The notes beneath the pieces were generated by a model. That model saw nothing but the letters and a program-made list of their open reading frames with translations. It was not told the DNA's origin and ran no database searches. DNA of 56,938 bases from the IMG/VR virus record IMGVR_UViG_3300045988_173917, positions 1 through 56,938 of that record; one strand, written 5' to 3'. Within the stretch, counting starts at the first letter, position 1; each line of letters opens with the position of its first letter. Of the stretch, positions 1-7,504 are shown one piece after another. The stretch is from a virus. Position numbers and translations under genes: made by a program.

Positions 1-55
1 CCAGGGCGGGAATCGAACCCGCACGTCTGTTGAGGACACTGGATTTTGAGTCCAG
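1..55 (-). tRNA. Partial tRNA-Leu(CAA), 3' portion only (anticodon stem to acceptor 3' strand); attL copy of the att core
   Basis: The reverse complement reads CTGGA-CTCAAAA-TCCAG (anticodon CAA), then a long variable arm, GCGGG-TTCGATT-CCCGC and CCTGG. Sequence after nt 55 (TTTTGTGATCTCC...) has no D-arm or acceptor 5' strand, so this copy is truncated. Confidence 0.8.
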
Positions 56-106
56 TTTTGTGATCTCCTTCTACAAATTGAAAATTAATGAGTTGTATAT
101 ATTTTT

Positions 107-135
107 AGTAGAAATTTCTACTGGTTTTCTACTGG
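107..135. repeat. Cluster of TTTCTACTGG motifs (one perfect 16-bp palindrome plus two direct copies); candidate integrase/Xis arm-type sites near attL
   Basis: AGTAGAAATTTCTACT palindrome at 107-122. TTTCTACTGG occurs at 115-124 and 126-135. The same motif recurs next to attR. Confidence 0.5.
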
Positions 136-225
136 TTTAACATTTCCGTCTAAGCCGCTACCTGATTCTATTGTTATATTTTCTTTTTCGGTCATTTTGC
201 CTGATTTTTGGCTTATATTTAAGTA

Positions 226-1293
226 TTAGTCATTCAAATAGTTTTTTGCACTTTCAATAATTTCTTTTGAATAATTATATAACTCTTCAAGAGACGTAAT
301 TAGGTATTTTGTTCCTTTTTTATTTTCATCAAATACTTCAAGATATTTATTCGATCGATTAAAATGTAAACGACAGATAGGTTTTCTATTGTTATCATCT
401 AGTAATATGCCAAAATAAGAGATGGTATCTCTATATATAACTCTATTTAAATCAACAATCCCATGTAAAATTGATTTTACAATATAGAATCCTTGCAATT
501 CTTCTTCTGTAGTTACAATTAAATCTTCTCGGCTTTCTTCTTGTATTTGTTGTTCCTGATCTTGAGATTTAATTTCATCAGTTTGTGATTTTATTACCGA
601 TTTAAGTTTGTCGCTTATGTAATCACTGTTATACTGTTGAAAAGCTCTTCTTAACATATCTCTAAATTGTTCAACAATTGGTTTCGTGAGCATTGACGGA
701 TATACTTGTTTTGCAAAGTATTTTACAAATTCATCAGAAGGATCAGCTATTTCTTTAACGATTAGATTTCTTAATTCTGTAGTATATTTTAACTCACTTG
801 CAGTATTTAGAATAGATTCAATATCAAAGTAACTTTTATGAAATTCTTTTAACTTTTCAACTTGAACCTCTTTTAAGTCTTCTATGTTAATCTCAAAAAA
901 TGGTTTGTCATCCATTTTATTTGGCTCTACTAGGTCAGCATAGAACTTATAAATTATGCCGTTTGTGAGTATACCAAATTTAGCTTTAGATACATGATAG
1001 TACCTTAGAAGCTGCCCACTATGTAAATTTAAATCTTGCTTCCAGTGTTTGCATTCGATTAATATAATTGGATCTCCATCTTTACAAATTGTATAATCAA
1101 TTTTTTCACCTTTCTTTGTTCCTATATCACAAACACATTCTGGTATCACTTCTGTTGGATCGAAAATATCATATCCAAGAGATTGTATGAATGGAAGTAT
1201 AATAGCTGTTTTTGTGGCTTCTTCTGTTGCAATACTTTCTTTTAACTTGGATGCACGCTCTCCAAGTATTTTAATTTGATCTTTAAAATCCAT
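226..1293 (-). CDS. PD-(D/E)xK nuclease-fold protein, type I restriction HsdR N-terminal-like domain
   Basis: 355-aa ORF. The segment IDYTICKDGDPIILIECK fits a D...ExK restriction-endonuclease-like core. It is the first gene inside attL, transcribed with the repressor arm (moron position). Confidence 0.6.
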   Translation of the reverse strand: MDFKDQIKILGERASKLKESIATEEATKTAIILPFIQSLGYDIFDPTEVIPECVCDIGTKKGEKIDYTICKDGDPIILIECKHWKQDLNLHSGQLLRYYHVSKAKFGILTNGIIYKFYADLVEPNKMDDKPFFEINIEDLKEVQVEKLKEFHKSYFDIESILNTASELKYTTELRNLIVKEIADPSDEFVKYFAKQVYPSMLTKPIVEQFRDMLRRAFQQYNSDYISDKLKSVIKSQTDEIKSQDQEQQIQEESREDLIVTTEEELQGFYIVKSILHGIVDLNRVIYRDTISYFGILLDDNNRKPICRLHFNRSNKYLEVFDENKKGTKYLITSLEELYNYSKEIIESAKNYLND

Positions 1294-1326
1294 GTATTAT
1301 AATTTTAAATTAGCACACGACTTTTT

Positions 1327-1656
1327 TCAATTTTGTTTTCTCTGATGGCAAAACTCTATAACCTTAGATATTTTCTTATCATCTCCACCTTCCCTGTGAT
1401 CGAATATTTTTTTGAGAAATCCATTTTGATCATTTATTATATCTAATTGTCGATTTATTGCCTGATTATTTAGGCGAGTACTTTCAGCACTATTTTTTTC
1501 TTGATCCTTAATAATACTTAACTGCGCATTCATTGTATCAGTTAGCATTTTTACAACTTCGGTGAAGTCACTCATAATATCTTTTATTAATATTAATACT
1601 TTTTCATCAGTATTAGTTATACGTTCTTCACTAAAATTTGTTTCTTTTTTACTCAT
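1327..1656 (-). CDS. Hypothetical coiled-coil protein
   Basis: Start chosen at MSKKETN (ATG at 1656), which lies 2 nt from the stop of the upstream repressor gene. Heptad-like Q/N/L-rich sequence with no known motif. Confidence 0.5.
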   Translation of the reverse strand: MSKKETNFSEERITNTDEKVLILIKDIMSDFTEVVKMLTDTMNAQLSIIKDQEKNSAESTRLNNQAINRQLDIINDQNGFLKKIFDHREGGDDKKISKVIEFCHQRKQN

Positions 1657-1657
1657 G

Positions 1658-2185
1658 TTAACCAACCTTTTTTTGTCCAGGAATATTATTTTCAGAAATA
1701 AGATCATCTATTTTCTTGCACAACGTTTGAAGATATTTTCCTTGATTATCAAGTGATTTTTGTAAAGATTCAATCTTATTAAACATTTCCTTCTGTTCTT
1801 CAATATGTTTTTGCTCTTTACTATTAGTCACTTGTTTTAATATATTAGCCTGATCACTGATCACAGACAATAAGGACTTAATTGTCTCGGTCTCACTTTT
1901 ATTTGCCTCCGGGACTTCGGGAAGCTGAATGTTATTTTGTGAATCTGATTCGGAAATATTTTTAATCATTTCTCCTTCTCCACCAAGAAGCCATTCAGCA
2001 GATATATTCAATGATTTATCACCAAATATTTTTTCTAAAACATCAGCTCTTGGAGTACTAAGCTTACCTCCAACAATGTCTTTTAAAGTTGGTTGTGGTA
2101 CATTTATTTGTCTTGCAAACGAACTAGTGTTTCCATTAAATAATTCATTCACAATTCTTTTAATTCTATCATTAATTGTACCCAT
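1658..2185 (-). CDS. XRE/CI-type helix-turn-helix repressor candidate
   Basis: The N-terminus INDRIKRIVNELFNGNTSSFARQINVPQPTLKDIVGGK is a typical HTH_3/CI-like motif. It is divergent from the early operon across an AT-rich region that carries palindromes. Confidence 0.7.
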   Translation of the reverse strand: MGTINDRIKRIVNELFNGNTSSFARQINVPQPTLKDIVGGKLSTPRADVLEKIFGDKSLNISAEWLLGGEGEMIKNISESDSQNNIQLPEVPEANKSETETIKSLLSVISDQANILKQVTNSKEQKHIEEQKEMFNKIESLQKSLDNQGKYLQTLCKKIDDLISENNIPGQKKVG

Positions 2186-2352
2186 ATTTGTTATTTATAA
2201 TGTTTATAAATAAATGATATATCATTATTTTTAGCACTATATGTTTTGAATTAATGAAATATCACCATATCTTTGTCCTGTGATTAAAAACAATCACGTT
2301 TCCAAAACGGAAAAACAAACAATAATTTACAAATATAAAAAAACATTTTGAT
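2186..2352. promoter_or_regulatory. Divergent lysis/lysogeny switch region with palindromic operator candidates
   Basis: AATGATATATCATT palindrome at 2213-2226. GTGATT-N6-AATCAC at 2280-2297. Lies between the divergent repressor and Cro-like genes. Confidence 0.5.
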
Positions 2353-2553
2353 ATGAGCCTTTATAAAGCGCGAATTTTATATGAGAAGGGGGTTATCCCT
2401 AAGTTAGCAAAATATTTCGGCGTATCAGAACATACGGTTCGAAATGCATTAAGATTTGTTACAGAGGGGGAGCAGCCCGAAGCAATTCGCAATGAAGCAT
2501 TAAAGAATTACGGATGTGCTTTAGTTAAAAAGCCTTTAACGATTAAAGAGTGA
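2353..2553 (+). CDS. Small HTH protein, Cro-like early regulator candidate
   Basis: 66 aa. KLAKYFGVSEHTVRNALR looks like an HTH. It is the first gene of the plus-strand early operon. Confidence 0.5.
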   Translation: MSLYKARILYEKGVIPKLAKYFGVSEHTVRNALRFVTEGEQPEAIRNEALKNYGCALVKKPLTIKE

Positions 2554-2559
2554 TTCGCC

Positions 2560-2832
2560 ATGAACCTGATCCTCCGAAATACCGATCGTATCGAAATGTC
2601 GATGGCTGAATTTATTGATTTCACCAAGAGCGTTGTCAAGGAAGCCGTTGCCGAAACTTACGGGGAATATATTAGCCGGAATGAAGCAATTAGGCATTTG
2701 GGCAGTCGGAAAAAACTGGAGCAAGCAATCAAAATGAAGTTGATTAATCCTGATAAGGGAAATGGGAATCAGAAATGGCGGGTAAAAACCCGGGAAGTCA
2801 TTGAAGCATATAAAATAATTGATAAACTATGA
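2560..2832 (+). CDS. Hypothetical early protein (possible DNA-binding)
   Basis: 90-aa ORF tightly packed in the early operon. Its stop overlaps the next start. Confidence 0.5.
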   Translation: MNLILRNTDRIEMSMAEFIDFTKSVVKEAVAETYGEYISRNEAIRHLGSRKKLEQAIKMKLINPDKGNGNQKWRVKTREVIEAYKIIDKL

Positions 2833-3017
2833 GAACTTTTTCAATATTAGCCTTTCTTCTTGCCCTTGGAATATTAGGATGCAGTATTTACGGAGGGCAG
2901 TACCATAGTCTTCCTTTCGCAATAATGTCCGGTATTTTGGGTTGGGCGATGTGGCCGGAGAAGAAGCAGGTAAAACCATACCGAAGTTATAGAAGTTGGG
3001 ACACTAAAGATACGTAA
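2829..3017 (+). CDS. Small membrane protein
   Basis: 62 aa with two hydrophobic segments (FSILAFLLALGILGCSIYG and LPFAIMSGILGWAMW). Confidence 0.5.
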   Translation: MRTFSILAFLLALGILGCSIYGGQYHSLPFAIMSGILGWAMWPEKKQVKPYRSYRSWDTKDT

Positions 3018-3018
3018 T

Positions 3019-3184
3019 GGCGGAGGAATTTAGCAAGGTTTGGTCCGGCTTAAACAAAGTAAACCTAACACCGCCCCGGGTGGAAGTAAGGGGCAGATGC
3101 GACACTGTAAAGCCGTGAGTTCTTTGGTCCGGTGACATTCTTTTCTTTACACCACAATATCTCCATTCACACCGGACCTTTTTT
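3019..3184 (+). ncRNA. Candidate structured 3'UTR or small RNA ending in a terminator-like hairpin
   Basis: Nested stems GGCGG(3019-3023)/CCGCC(3071-3075) and AGGTTT(3036-3041)/AAACCT(3061-3066). A 9-bp stem GGTCCGGTG(3126-3134)/CACCGGACC(3170-3178) is followed by TTTTTT. The only ORF here is an implausible antisense one. Confidence 0.3.
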
Positions 3185-3263
3185 AAGTGACATATAAAGT
3201 ACATTGTAGCCCTAGTCCTGTCGGGAGATAGCACGAAAGGCAAAATTTTAAAAGGGAAAAGTT

Positions 3264-3452
3264 ATGAACGACAATGCAAATGTAAATGTAAGTGACAAAA
3301 AGGATAAAGAAATTGAAAACTTAAAAAAGCAGCTCGATGCTGCAAATACATCCTGGAACAGATACTTTCAGGAATGTGAGACACTGAAACAGGAATTATC
3401 GAGATATAAGGAACTTGTAAAGGCTCAGAGTGCTATTATAAACAACAATTAA
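3264..3452 (+). CDS. Small coiled-coil protein
   Basis: 62-aa ORF with charged heptad-like sequence (KEIENLKKQLDAANTSWNRYFQECETLKQELSRYKELVK). Confidence 0.45.
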   Translation: MNDNANVNVSDKKDKEIENLKKQLDAANTSWNRYFQECETLKQELSRYKELVKAQSAIINNN

Positions 3453-3507
3453 TCAGTCCGGGGCAGCCAATTGTAACTGTGGCCATATATAGGTTGCTCC
3501 AGCAAAG

Positions 3508-3578
3508 GGTCGGTTGTCCGAGTGGTCAGGAGCCAGTCCGCAAAACTGGGTACGCGGGTTCGAATCCCGCACCGACCT
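3508..3578 (+). tRNA. tRNA-Cys(GCA), phage-encoded, with atypical C at position 33
   Basis: Acceptor GGTCGGT/ACCGACC. 3-bp D stem with a 13:22 mismatch. Anticodon arm CCAGT-CCGCAAA-ACTGG. T arm GCGGG-TTCGAAT-CCCGC. Discriminator U, which is a Cys identity element. Confidence 0.75.
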
Positions 3579-3606
3579 CAGAATTTAACAACTAAAAATT
3601 GAAAAT

Positions 3607-3756
3607 ATGCAAGGAAATTTTTACAGCAAAAGCAAAAGAGGCAAAGTCGGTAAGGGGAGAAAATTCGCCTTCATACAGCACATCCCTATAGGGAAAGATG
3701 CAAGAGGAAATATAATCTACAAACACATCTTCCATCGAACAGAAAGCATAAAATAA
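3607..3756 (+). CDS. Possible small basic protein (49 aa)
   Basis: ATG at 3607 and TAA at 3754-3756, encoding MQGNFYSKSKRGKVGKGRKFAFIQHIPIGKDARGNIIYKHIFHRTESIK. It lies inside an otherwise non-coding RNA-rich island and could be spurious. Confidence 0.25.
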   Translation: MQGNFYSKSKRGKVGKGRKFAFIQHIPIGKDARGNIIYKHIFHRTESIK

Positions 3757-3841
3757 GTGTTACCGCAAAGCACTATAACATAAGCGGGGTAGGTTTCATT
3801 CAAATATGGGAACACGGGCAACTGCAAGATAAGAAGTGACA

Positions 3842-3857
3842 GTCCGGAAAGACGGGC
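3842..3857 (+). repeat. Conserved GAAAGA-loop hairpin, copy 1, preceding a tRNA-like module
   Basis: GTCCG-GAAAGA-CGGGC. A near-identical hairpin occurs at 4151-4166. The flanking GTGACAG and ATAGAGAT(G/A)CG strings are also repeated, at 4076-4082 and 4092-4102. Confidence 0.5.
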
Positions 3858-3863
3858 AAAAAT

Positions 3864-4006
3864 AGAGATGCGCAGTGGAGTGCTTTTGACTTTCGAAAGG
3901 TGCACATGGTAGAAAGTACGGTACGTGAAATATAAGGAGTAATTAACCTTAGAAATAGCGCAAAAGGGTGAGACCTTTATTGGGTGTTCGAATCGCCCCA
4001 TCTCCA
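3864..4006 (+). ncRNA. tRNA-like module (acceptor-like helix + variable-arm-like hairpin + canonical T arm); not a canonical tRNA
   Basis: T arm GGGTG-TTCGAAT-CGCCC at 3982-3998. 3' strand CATCTCC-A pairs 6/7 with AGAGATG at 3864-3870. Hairpin AAAGG-GTGAGA-CCTTT at 3963-3978. About 100 nt lie between the two strands, and I could not fold a standard D or anticodon arm. Confidence 0.3.
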
Positions 4007-4150
4007 CAACCCTAGTACTTTGGTATGAATGATTGTACAGCTTATGTGACACGGACAGGATACGTTATGCAACCTGTGACAGCCGGAAAGGATAGAGATA
4101 CGACGGCACGGACGGGAATAAGTTCACTAAACGGTCGAGGCAATCTGGCA

Positions 4151-4166
4151 GCCCGGAAAGACGGGC
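4151..4166 (+). repeat. Conserved GAAAGA-loop hairpin, copy 2, immediately 5' of tRNA-Thr
   Basis: GCCCG-GAAAGA-CGGGC followed by CAACCC and then the tRNA-Thr 5' end. The T:G pair in copy 1 corresponds to C:G here. Confidence 0.5.
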
Positions 4167-4171
4167 AACCC

Positions 4172-4244
4172 GCCTACTTAGCTCAGTTGGTAGAGCATCG
4201 GTTTTGTACTCCGAAGGTCATCCGTTCGAACCGGATAGTAGGCT
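4172..4244 (+). tRNA. tRNA-Thr(UGU), phage-encoded
   Basis: Cloverleaf: GCCTACT/AGTAGGC acceptor. GCTC-AGTTGGTA-GAGC D arm. TCGGT-TTTGTAC-TCCGA anticodon arm (31:39 is U:U). ATCCG-TTCGAAC-CGGAT T arm. Total 73 nt. Confidence 0.85.
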
Positions 4245-4417
4245 CAAAAGTAAGGCCGTTTAGTTTGACGACGTGGCGGCCTTACAAAAAACTCTAAGCT
4301 CTTTGACATGTTGACAGACAATAAAAAACACGCAGTTTGTCGCTGCGGGCTGGTGAACTACCGGGCAATACTCCGGTAGTGGCGAAAGTCGCGTGTCAAA
4401 GGCGCATTAAGCCAGCA

Positions 4418-4467
4418 ACGGGTTGTACTGGAGTACTTAGAAAGAGGTTCGATTCCTCTTACCCGTC
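4418..4467 (+). ncRNA. Mini tRNA-like element (acceptor-like helix, GTAC-TGGA-GTAC hairpin, canonical T arm)
   Basis: ACGGGTT at 4418-4424 pairs 6/7 with TACCCGT at 4460-4466. T arm AGAGG-TTCGATT-CCTCT at 4443-4459. There is no anticodon arm. A 7-bp hairpin CTACCGG-N8-CCGGTAG lies upstream at 4358-4379. Confidence 0.3.
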
Positions 4468-4492
4468 ACATTTCAAACAACAAAACAAAAGT

Positions 4493-4999
4493 ATGGAAAA
4501 TAATCAAAAAACACAAGAGCAGCATCTTACCCATTGGAAAAGACTGGTAAATCCTGATTATCTAGGGGTATATTCTTTGGATAACGGGAAGGACATGACA
4601 TTAACTATTGACCGGATCGTCCGGGAAGTAGTAACAAGTACTGGAGGCAAAAAAGAAGAATGTACAGTAGCTTACTTCAAAGAAAAAGTAAAGCCGATGA
4701 TCCTAAACCGTACCAATTCAAAAATGATTCAGAAAATATACAATACCCCTTACATTGAAGAATGGGCAGGGAAAAAAATAACTGTATATGCGTCCGCGAC
4801 AAAACTTGCCGGAGAAGAAGTTGAATGTCTTCGTATCCGTCAGCTGGTTCCACAAAATCCGGTTTTGAAAATAGAGGATAAAGTGAATTTCGATAAATGT
4901 AAATCTGCGCTGCAAAACGGATATACAATCAGTCAGTTACGGACCAAATGGACAATTACTAAAGATGTAGAGCAAGCTTTGACCAATGAAGGAATTTAA
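4493..4999 (+). CDS. Hypothetical early protein
   Basis: The start is moved to ATG 4493 (MENNQKTQEQ) because the upstream part of ORF 4337-4999 overlaps structured tRNA-like RNA. The stop overlaps the start of the exonuclease gene. Confidence 0.6.
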   Translation: MENNQKTQEQHLTHWKRLVNPDYLGVYSLDNGKDMTLTIDRIVREVVTSTGGKKEECTVAYFKEKVKPMILNRTNSKMIQKIYNTPYIEEWAGKKITVYASATKLAGEEVECLRIRQLVPQNPVLKIEDKVNFDKCKSALQNGYTISQLRTKWTITKDVEQALTNEGI

Positions 5000-5669
5000 A
5001 ATCAGATGTTCGCAAATAGGGAAAATAATCGGCACTGGAAAGGGAAATCCGCTAACCAAAACTGCCATGTCTTATTGCAAGACATGGCTAAAAGAACAAC
5101 TATACTGCCGACGTTATGAGTTTCGTAGCAAATATACGGACAAAGGGCATATTGTTGAAGATGAATCAATCGACTTTATCGGCGATCAACTCGGGTTAGG
5201 ATTTTTGATAAAGAATGACAAACAGTTCGAAAATGACTACTTTACCGGAGAGCCGGACATAATACCGCCTAATATTGATTTGGTCATAGATGCTAAAAAT
5301 AGTTGGTCTTGGGAATCATTCCCCATACTTGAAGAAGAAATTCCCACATTGGACTATTATTGGCAATTACAAGGATATATGAGCTTAACAGATAGGCATC
5401 ATGCGAAACTTGTATATGTATTGTCGGATACTCCTCAACATCTTATTGAAAGAGAAGCTCGAAGATACTGTTATGACAACGGTTTTGAAGAACTTGATAT
5501 TGACATATACAACAAGTTCTTAGCAGATATGACGTATACAGATGTTTCAAACAACTTAAAAATAAAAGTATTTGACATTGAGCGTAGTAATGAAGACATT
5601 GTACTTGCCAAAAATAAAGTAATTGAGTGCAGAGAATACATTTCAACCCTATTAAATCAAATAAAATGA
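4986..5669 (+). CDS. YqaJ/lambda-Exo-like PD-(D/E)xK recombination exonuclease
   Basis: GEPD...DLVIDAKNS fits the D...D/ExK core of YqaJ-type viral exonucleases. It lies directly upstream of SSB. Confidence 0.75.
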   Translation: MKEFKIRCSQIGKIIGTGKGNPLTKTAMSYCKTWLKEQLYCRRYEFRSKYTDKGHIVEDESIDFIGDQLGLGFLIKNDKQFENDYFTGEPDIIPPNIDLVIDAKNSWSWESFPILEEEIPTLDYYWQLQGYMSLTDRHHAKLVYVLSDTPQHLIEREARRYCYDNGFEELDIDIYNKFLADMTYTDVSNNLKIKVFDIERSNEDIVLAKNKVIECREYISTLLNQIK

Positions 5670-6061
5670 TAGAACTACAAGCTATAGGTAACATCGGCAA
5701 GGATGCCGAGCAGAAAACAATAGGCGGCAAGTCATACGCCTCATTTTCAATCGGTGTAACAGAAAAAACATCAGACGGGAAAGACAAGACAACATGGCTC
5801 CGGGTAATGAAATACGACAGCGAAGGTAAGTTGACCGCATACCTTACAAAAGGGAAAAAGGTTTGGGTACGTGGCAATCCCTACTTTTCTGCTTATGTCA
5901 GTAAAAACACAGGTGAAGCCATCCCGGACACGACTATATGGGCTGACAAACTCGTGTTCTGTTCTTCAGGAGAAAAGCAGAATGGACAGCAAGACACCGG
6001 ACGGCAACCGCAAGAACAGCAAACAACGGATAACTATTACGACGATCAACTTCCTTTTTAA
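5666..6061 (+). CDS. ssb: Single-stranded DNA-binding protein
   Basis: OB-fold-like N-terminus (LQAIGNIGKDAEQKTIGGKSYASFSIGV...TTWLRV). Q/G-rich linker. Acidic C-terminal tip DDQLPF, typical of SSB. Confidence 0.85.
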   Translation: MIELQAIGNIGKDAEQKTIGGKSYASFSIGVTEKTSDGKDKTTWLRVMKYDSEGKLTAYLTKGKKVWVRGNPYFSAYVSKNTGEAIPDTTIWADKLVFCSSGEKQNGQQDTGRQPQEQQTTDNYYDDQLPF

Positions 6062-6063
6062 TC

Positions 6064-6588
6064 ATGAAAACAAAAATTTGCATTAGATGCGGCATTGAAA
6101 AATCTATATCTGAATTTTACGTTCATCATGAAATGAAAGATGGTCATCTGAATAAATGCAAGATGTGCTGTAAAAAAGATGCTGCTTTTAACTATAAAAA
6201 GAAAAGCAAAAATGTGTGGTTTATCGAAGCGGAAAGAAGAAGAGGTCGAGAGAAATACAAACGATTGAATTATAAAGAAAAATATCCTCCAGATAAATTA
6301 AAATCCAACGCAAAAACAAAAAACCTACACAGATATCTAATATCGGCAGGATATGATATGAATATGAAAGAAGCTCATCACTGGAATTATGACTTACCAA
6401 AACAAGGCTTCATTTTGACGAGAAAATGCCATAAGTTAGTCCATAAATTTTTGACATTTGACGCCAAAACAAGATGTTTTAAATGGGGAGACATAATTTT
6501 GGACAGTCTTGAAAAACATTATGATTTCATAAAACATGTGTTCGATGAAAATAATGTTAATTCTGATATCATTTGCTTTAAGCTATGA
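6064..6588 (+). CDS. Putative HNH endonuclease with N-terminal zinc ribbon
   Basis: CIRCG...CKMCC cysteine pairs, and AHHWNY...CHKLVH resembling an HNH motif. Confidence 0.5.
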   Translation: MKTKICIRCGIEKSISEFYVHHEMKDGHLNKCKMCCKKDAAFNYKKKSKNVWFIEAERRRGREKYKRLNYKEKYPPDKLKSNAKTKNLHRYLISAGYDMNMKEAHHWNYDLPKQGFILTRKCHKLVHKFLTFDAKTRCFKWGDIILDSLEKHYDFIKHVFDENNVNSDIICFKL

Positions 6589-7019
6589 AAATCAAACTCC
6601 TTAACACTTCCGTCGGTCTGAAACCGTTATACGATGAAGATTTAGAGGAAAAGAAAAAGTTGAAAATCGGAGAGGTTTACGAGGCCACTATCAAGCGGCC
6701 TCGAAACCTTTCCTTTCACCGAAAATATTTCGGACTCATTAACCTTGCCTGGGAATATCAGAATGAGATAGCGGTAGAGCATTTCAAGCACAGCATCGAA
6801 CTATTCAGAAAAACGGTAGAAATGGCAGCCGGATGGTGTGAGCCGATATACTCGATTGCCCGGAAAGAGTGGATTGAAGTTCCGAAGTCTATTGCTTTCG
6901 ATAAAATGGACGAAGACGAATTTCAAAACCTATACGAACGTGTAAAGGACGTATTATTTAAATACTTCCTCAAAAACATTTCAGTTGAAGAATTTGAAAA
7001 GAACCTTATTAATTTTTGA
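6585..7019 (+). CDS. Hypothetical phage early protein (DUF1367-like by recollection)
   Basis: RNLSFHRKYFGLINLAWE resembles the conserved FHRK(Y/F)F motif of that family. Overlapping start and stop with both neighbours. Confidence 0.45.
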   Translation: MKIKLLNTSVGLKPLYDEDLEEKKKLKIGEVYEATIKRPRNLSFHRKYFGLINLAWEYQNEIAVEHFKHSIELFRKTVEMAAGWCEPIYSIARKEWIEVPKSIAFDKMDEDEFQNLYERVKDVLFKYFLKNISVEEFEKNLINF

Positions 7020-7321
7020 TGAACTCATACATGACCAGCTCCGGCGAATATGTTCTTAAATCGGTCATAGACCGCCGGATTAGAGCAGCCAAAGAAAAGA
7101 AGATAGCCCAGATGATTGAAAAATATGGCTATCTTTTCTGTGAGGAATGTCATAGAAATGAGGCTGCAGGTATTCCACTTGATTGTTCACACGATATTCC
7201 AGTAAGTGAATGTCAAAAAAGAGGCCAATCGGAATTAGCCTGGGATGTAAATAACATTACAATCAGGTGCCGGGAATGCCACCACAAACATGATCATCAA
7301 TCACAATTTAGTTTTCCATGA
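7016..7321 (+). CDS. HNH endonuclease
   Basis: CEECH...CSHDIPVSE...NNITIRCRECHHKHD fits an HNH/zinc-finger core. Confidence 0.6.
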   Translation: MMNSYMTSSGEYVLKSVIDRRIRAAKEKKIAQMIEKYGYLFCEECHRNEAAGIPLDCSHDIPVSECQKRGQSELAWDVNNITIRCRECHHKHDHQSQFSFP

Positions 7322-7500
7322 AAATCCCATCTACCCTTTCTGCTCAAATCCTTTCCTTTCTATTTAAGGATAAAGCCGGACTAATCAGGCATCTCAAAGA
7401 GATACAAGATAGCCCGGTTTCTTTTTCGGATGTAAAAGGGAGGGAAAGACAAAGGAAGGCGGGGATACTGGTTAAGAAACTTGAAAAATTGAAACATTAA
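7318..7500 (+). CDS. Hypothetical protein
   Basis: 60-aa ORF whose start overlaps the upstream stop. Confidence 0.4.
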   Translation: MKIPSTLSAQILSFLFKDKAGLIRHLKEIQDSPVSFSDVKGRERQRKAGILVKKLEKLKH

Positions 7501-7504
7501 AATT

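Noticed and set aside
1-55. Left-end tRNA-Leu as an intact gene
   Set aside because: Sequence adjacent to the anticodon stem (56-100) has no D arm or complementary acceptor strand, so only the 3' portion is present.
3004-3243. 79-aa minus-strand ORF
   Set aside because: It is antisense to the early operon, lies in a region of nested stems ending in a terminator-like hairpin, and encodes an R/C/H-rich implausible peptide.
3508-4244. Suppressor tRNAs or stop-codon recoding (as in some Bacteroidales phages)
   Set aside because: The anticodons read GCA (Cys) and UGU (Thr), which are sense anticodons. All large genes (TMP, fibre, portal, terminase, DnaB) are uninterrupted under the standard code.
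3717-4297. Tracked ORFs 3717-4052 (-) and 4025-4297 (+), and the N-terminal extension of ORF 4337-4999
   Set aside because: They run through tRNA-Thr, the tRNA-like T arms and repeated hairpins. Their composition is odd and no neighbour coupling is visible. I treat them as spurious and move the start of the last ORF to 4493.
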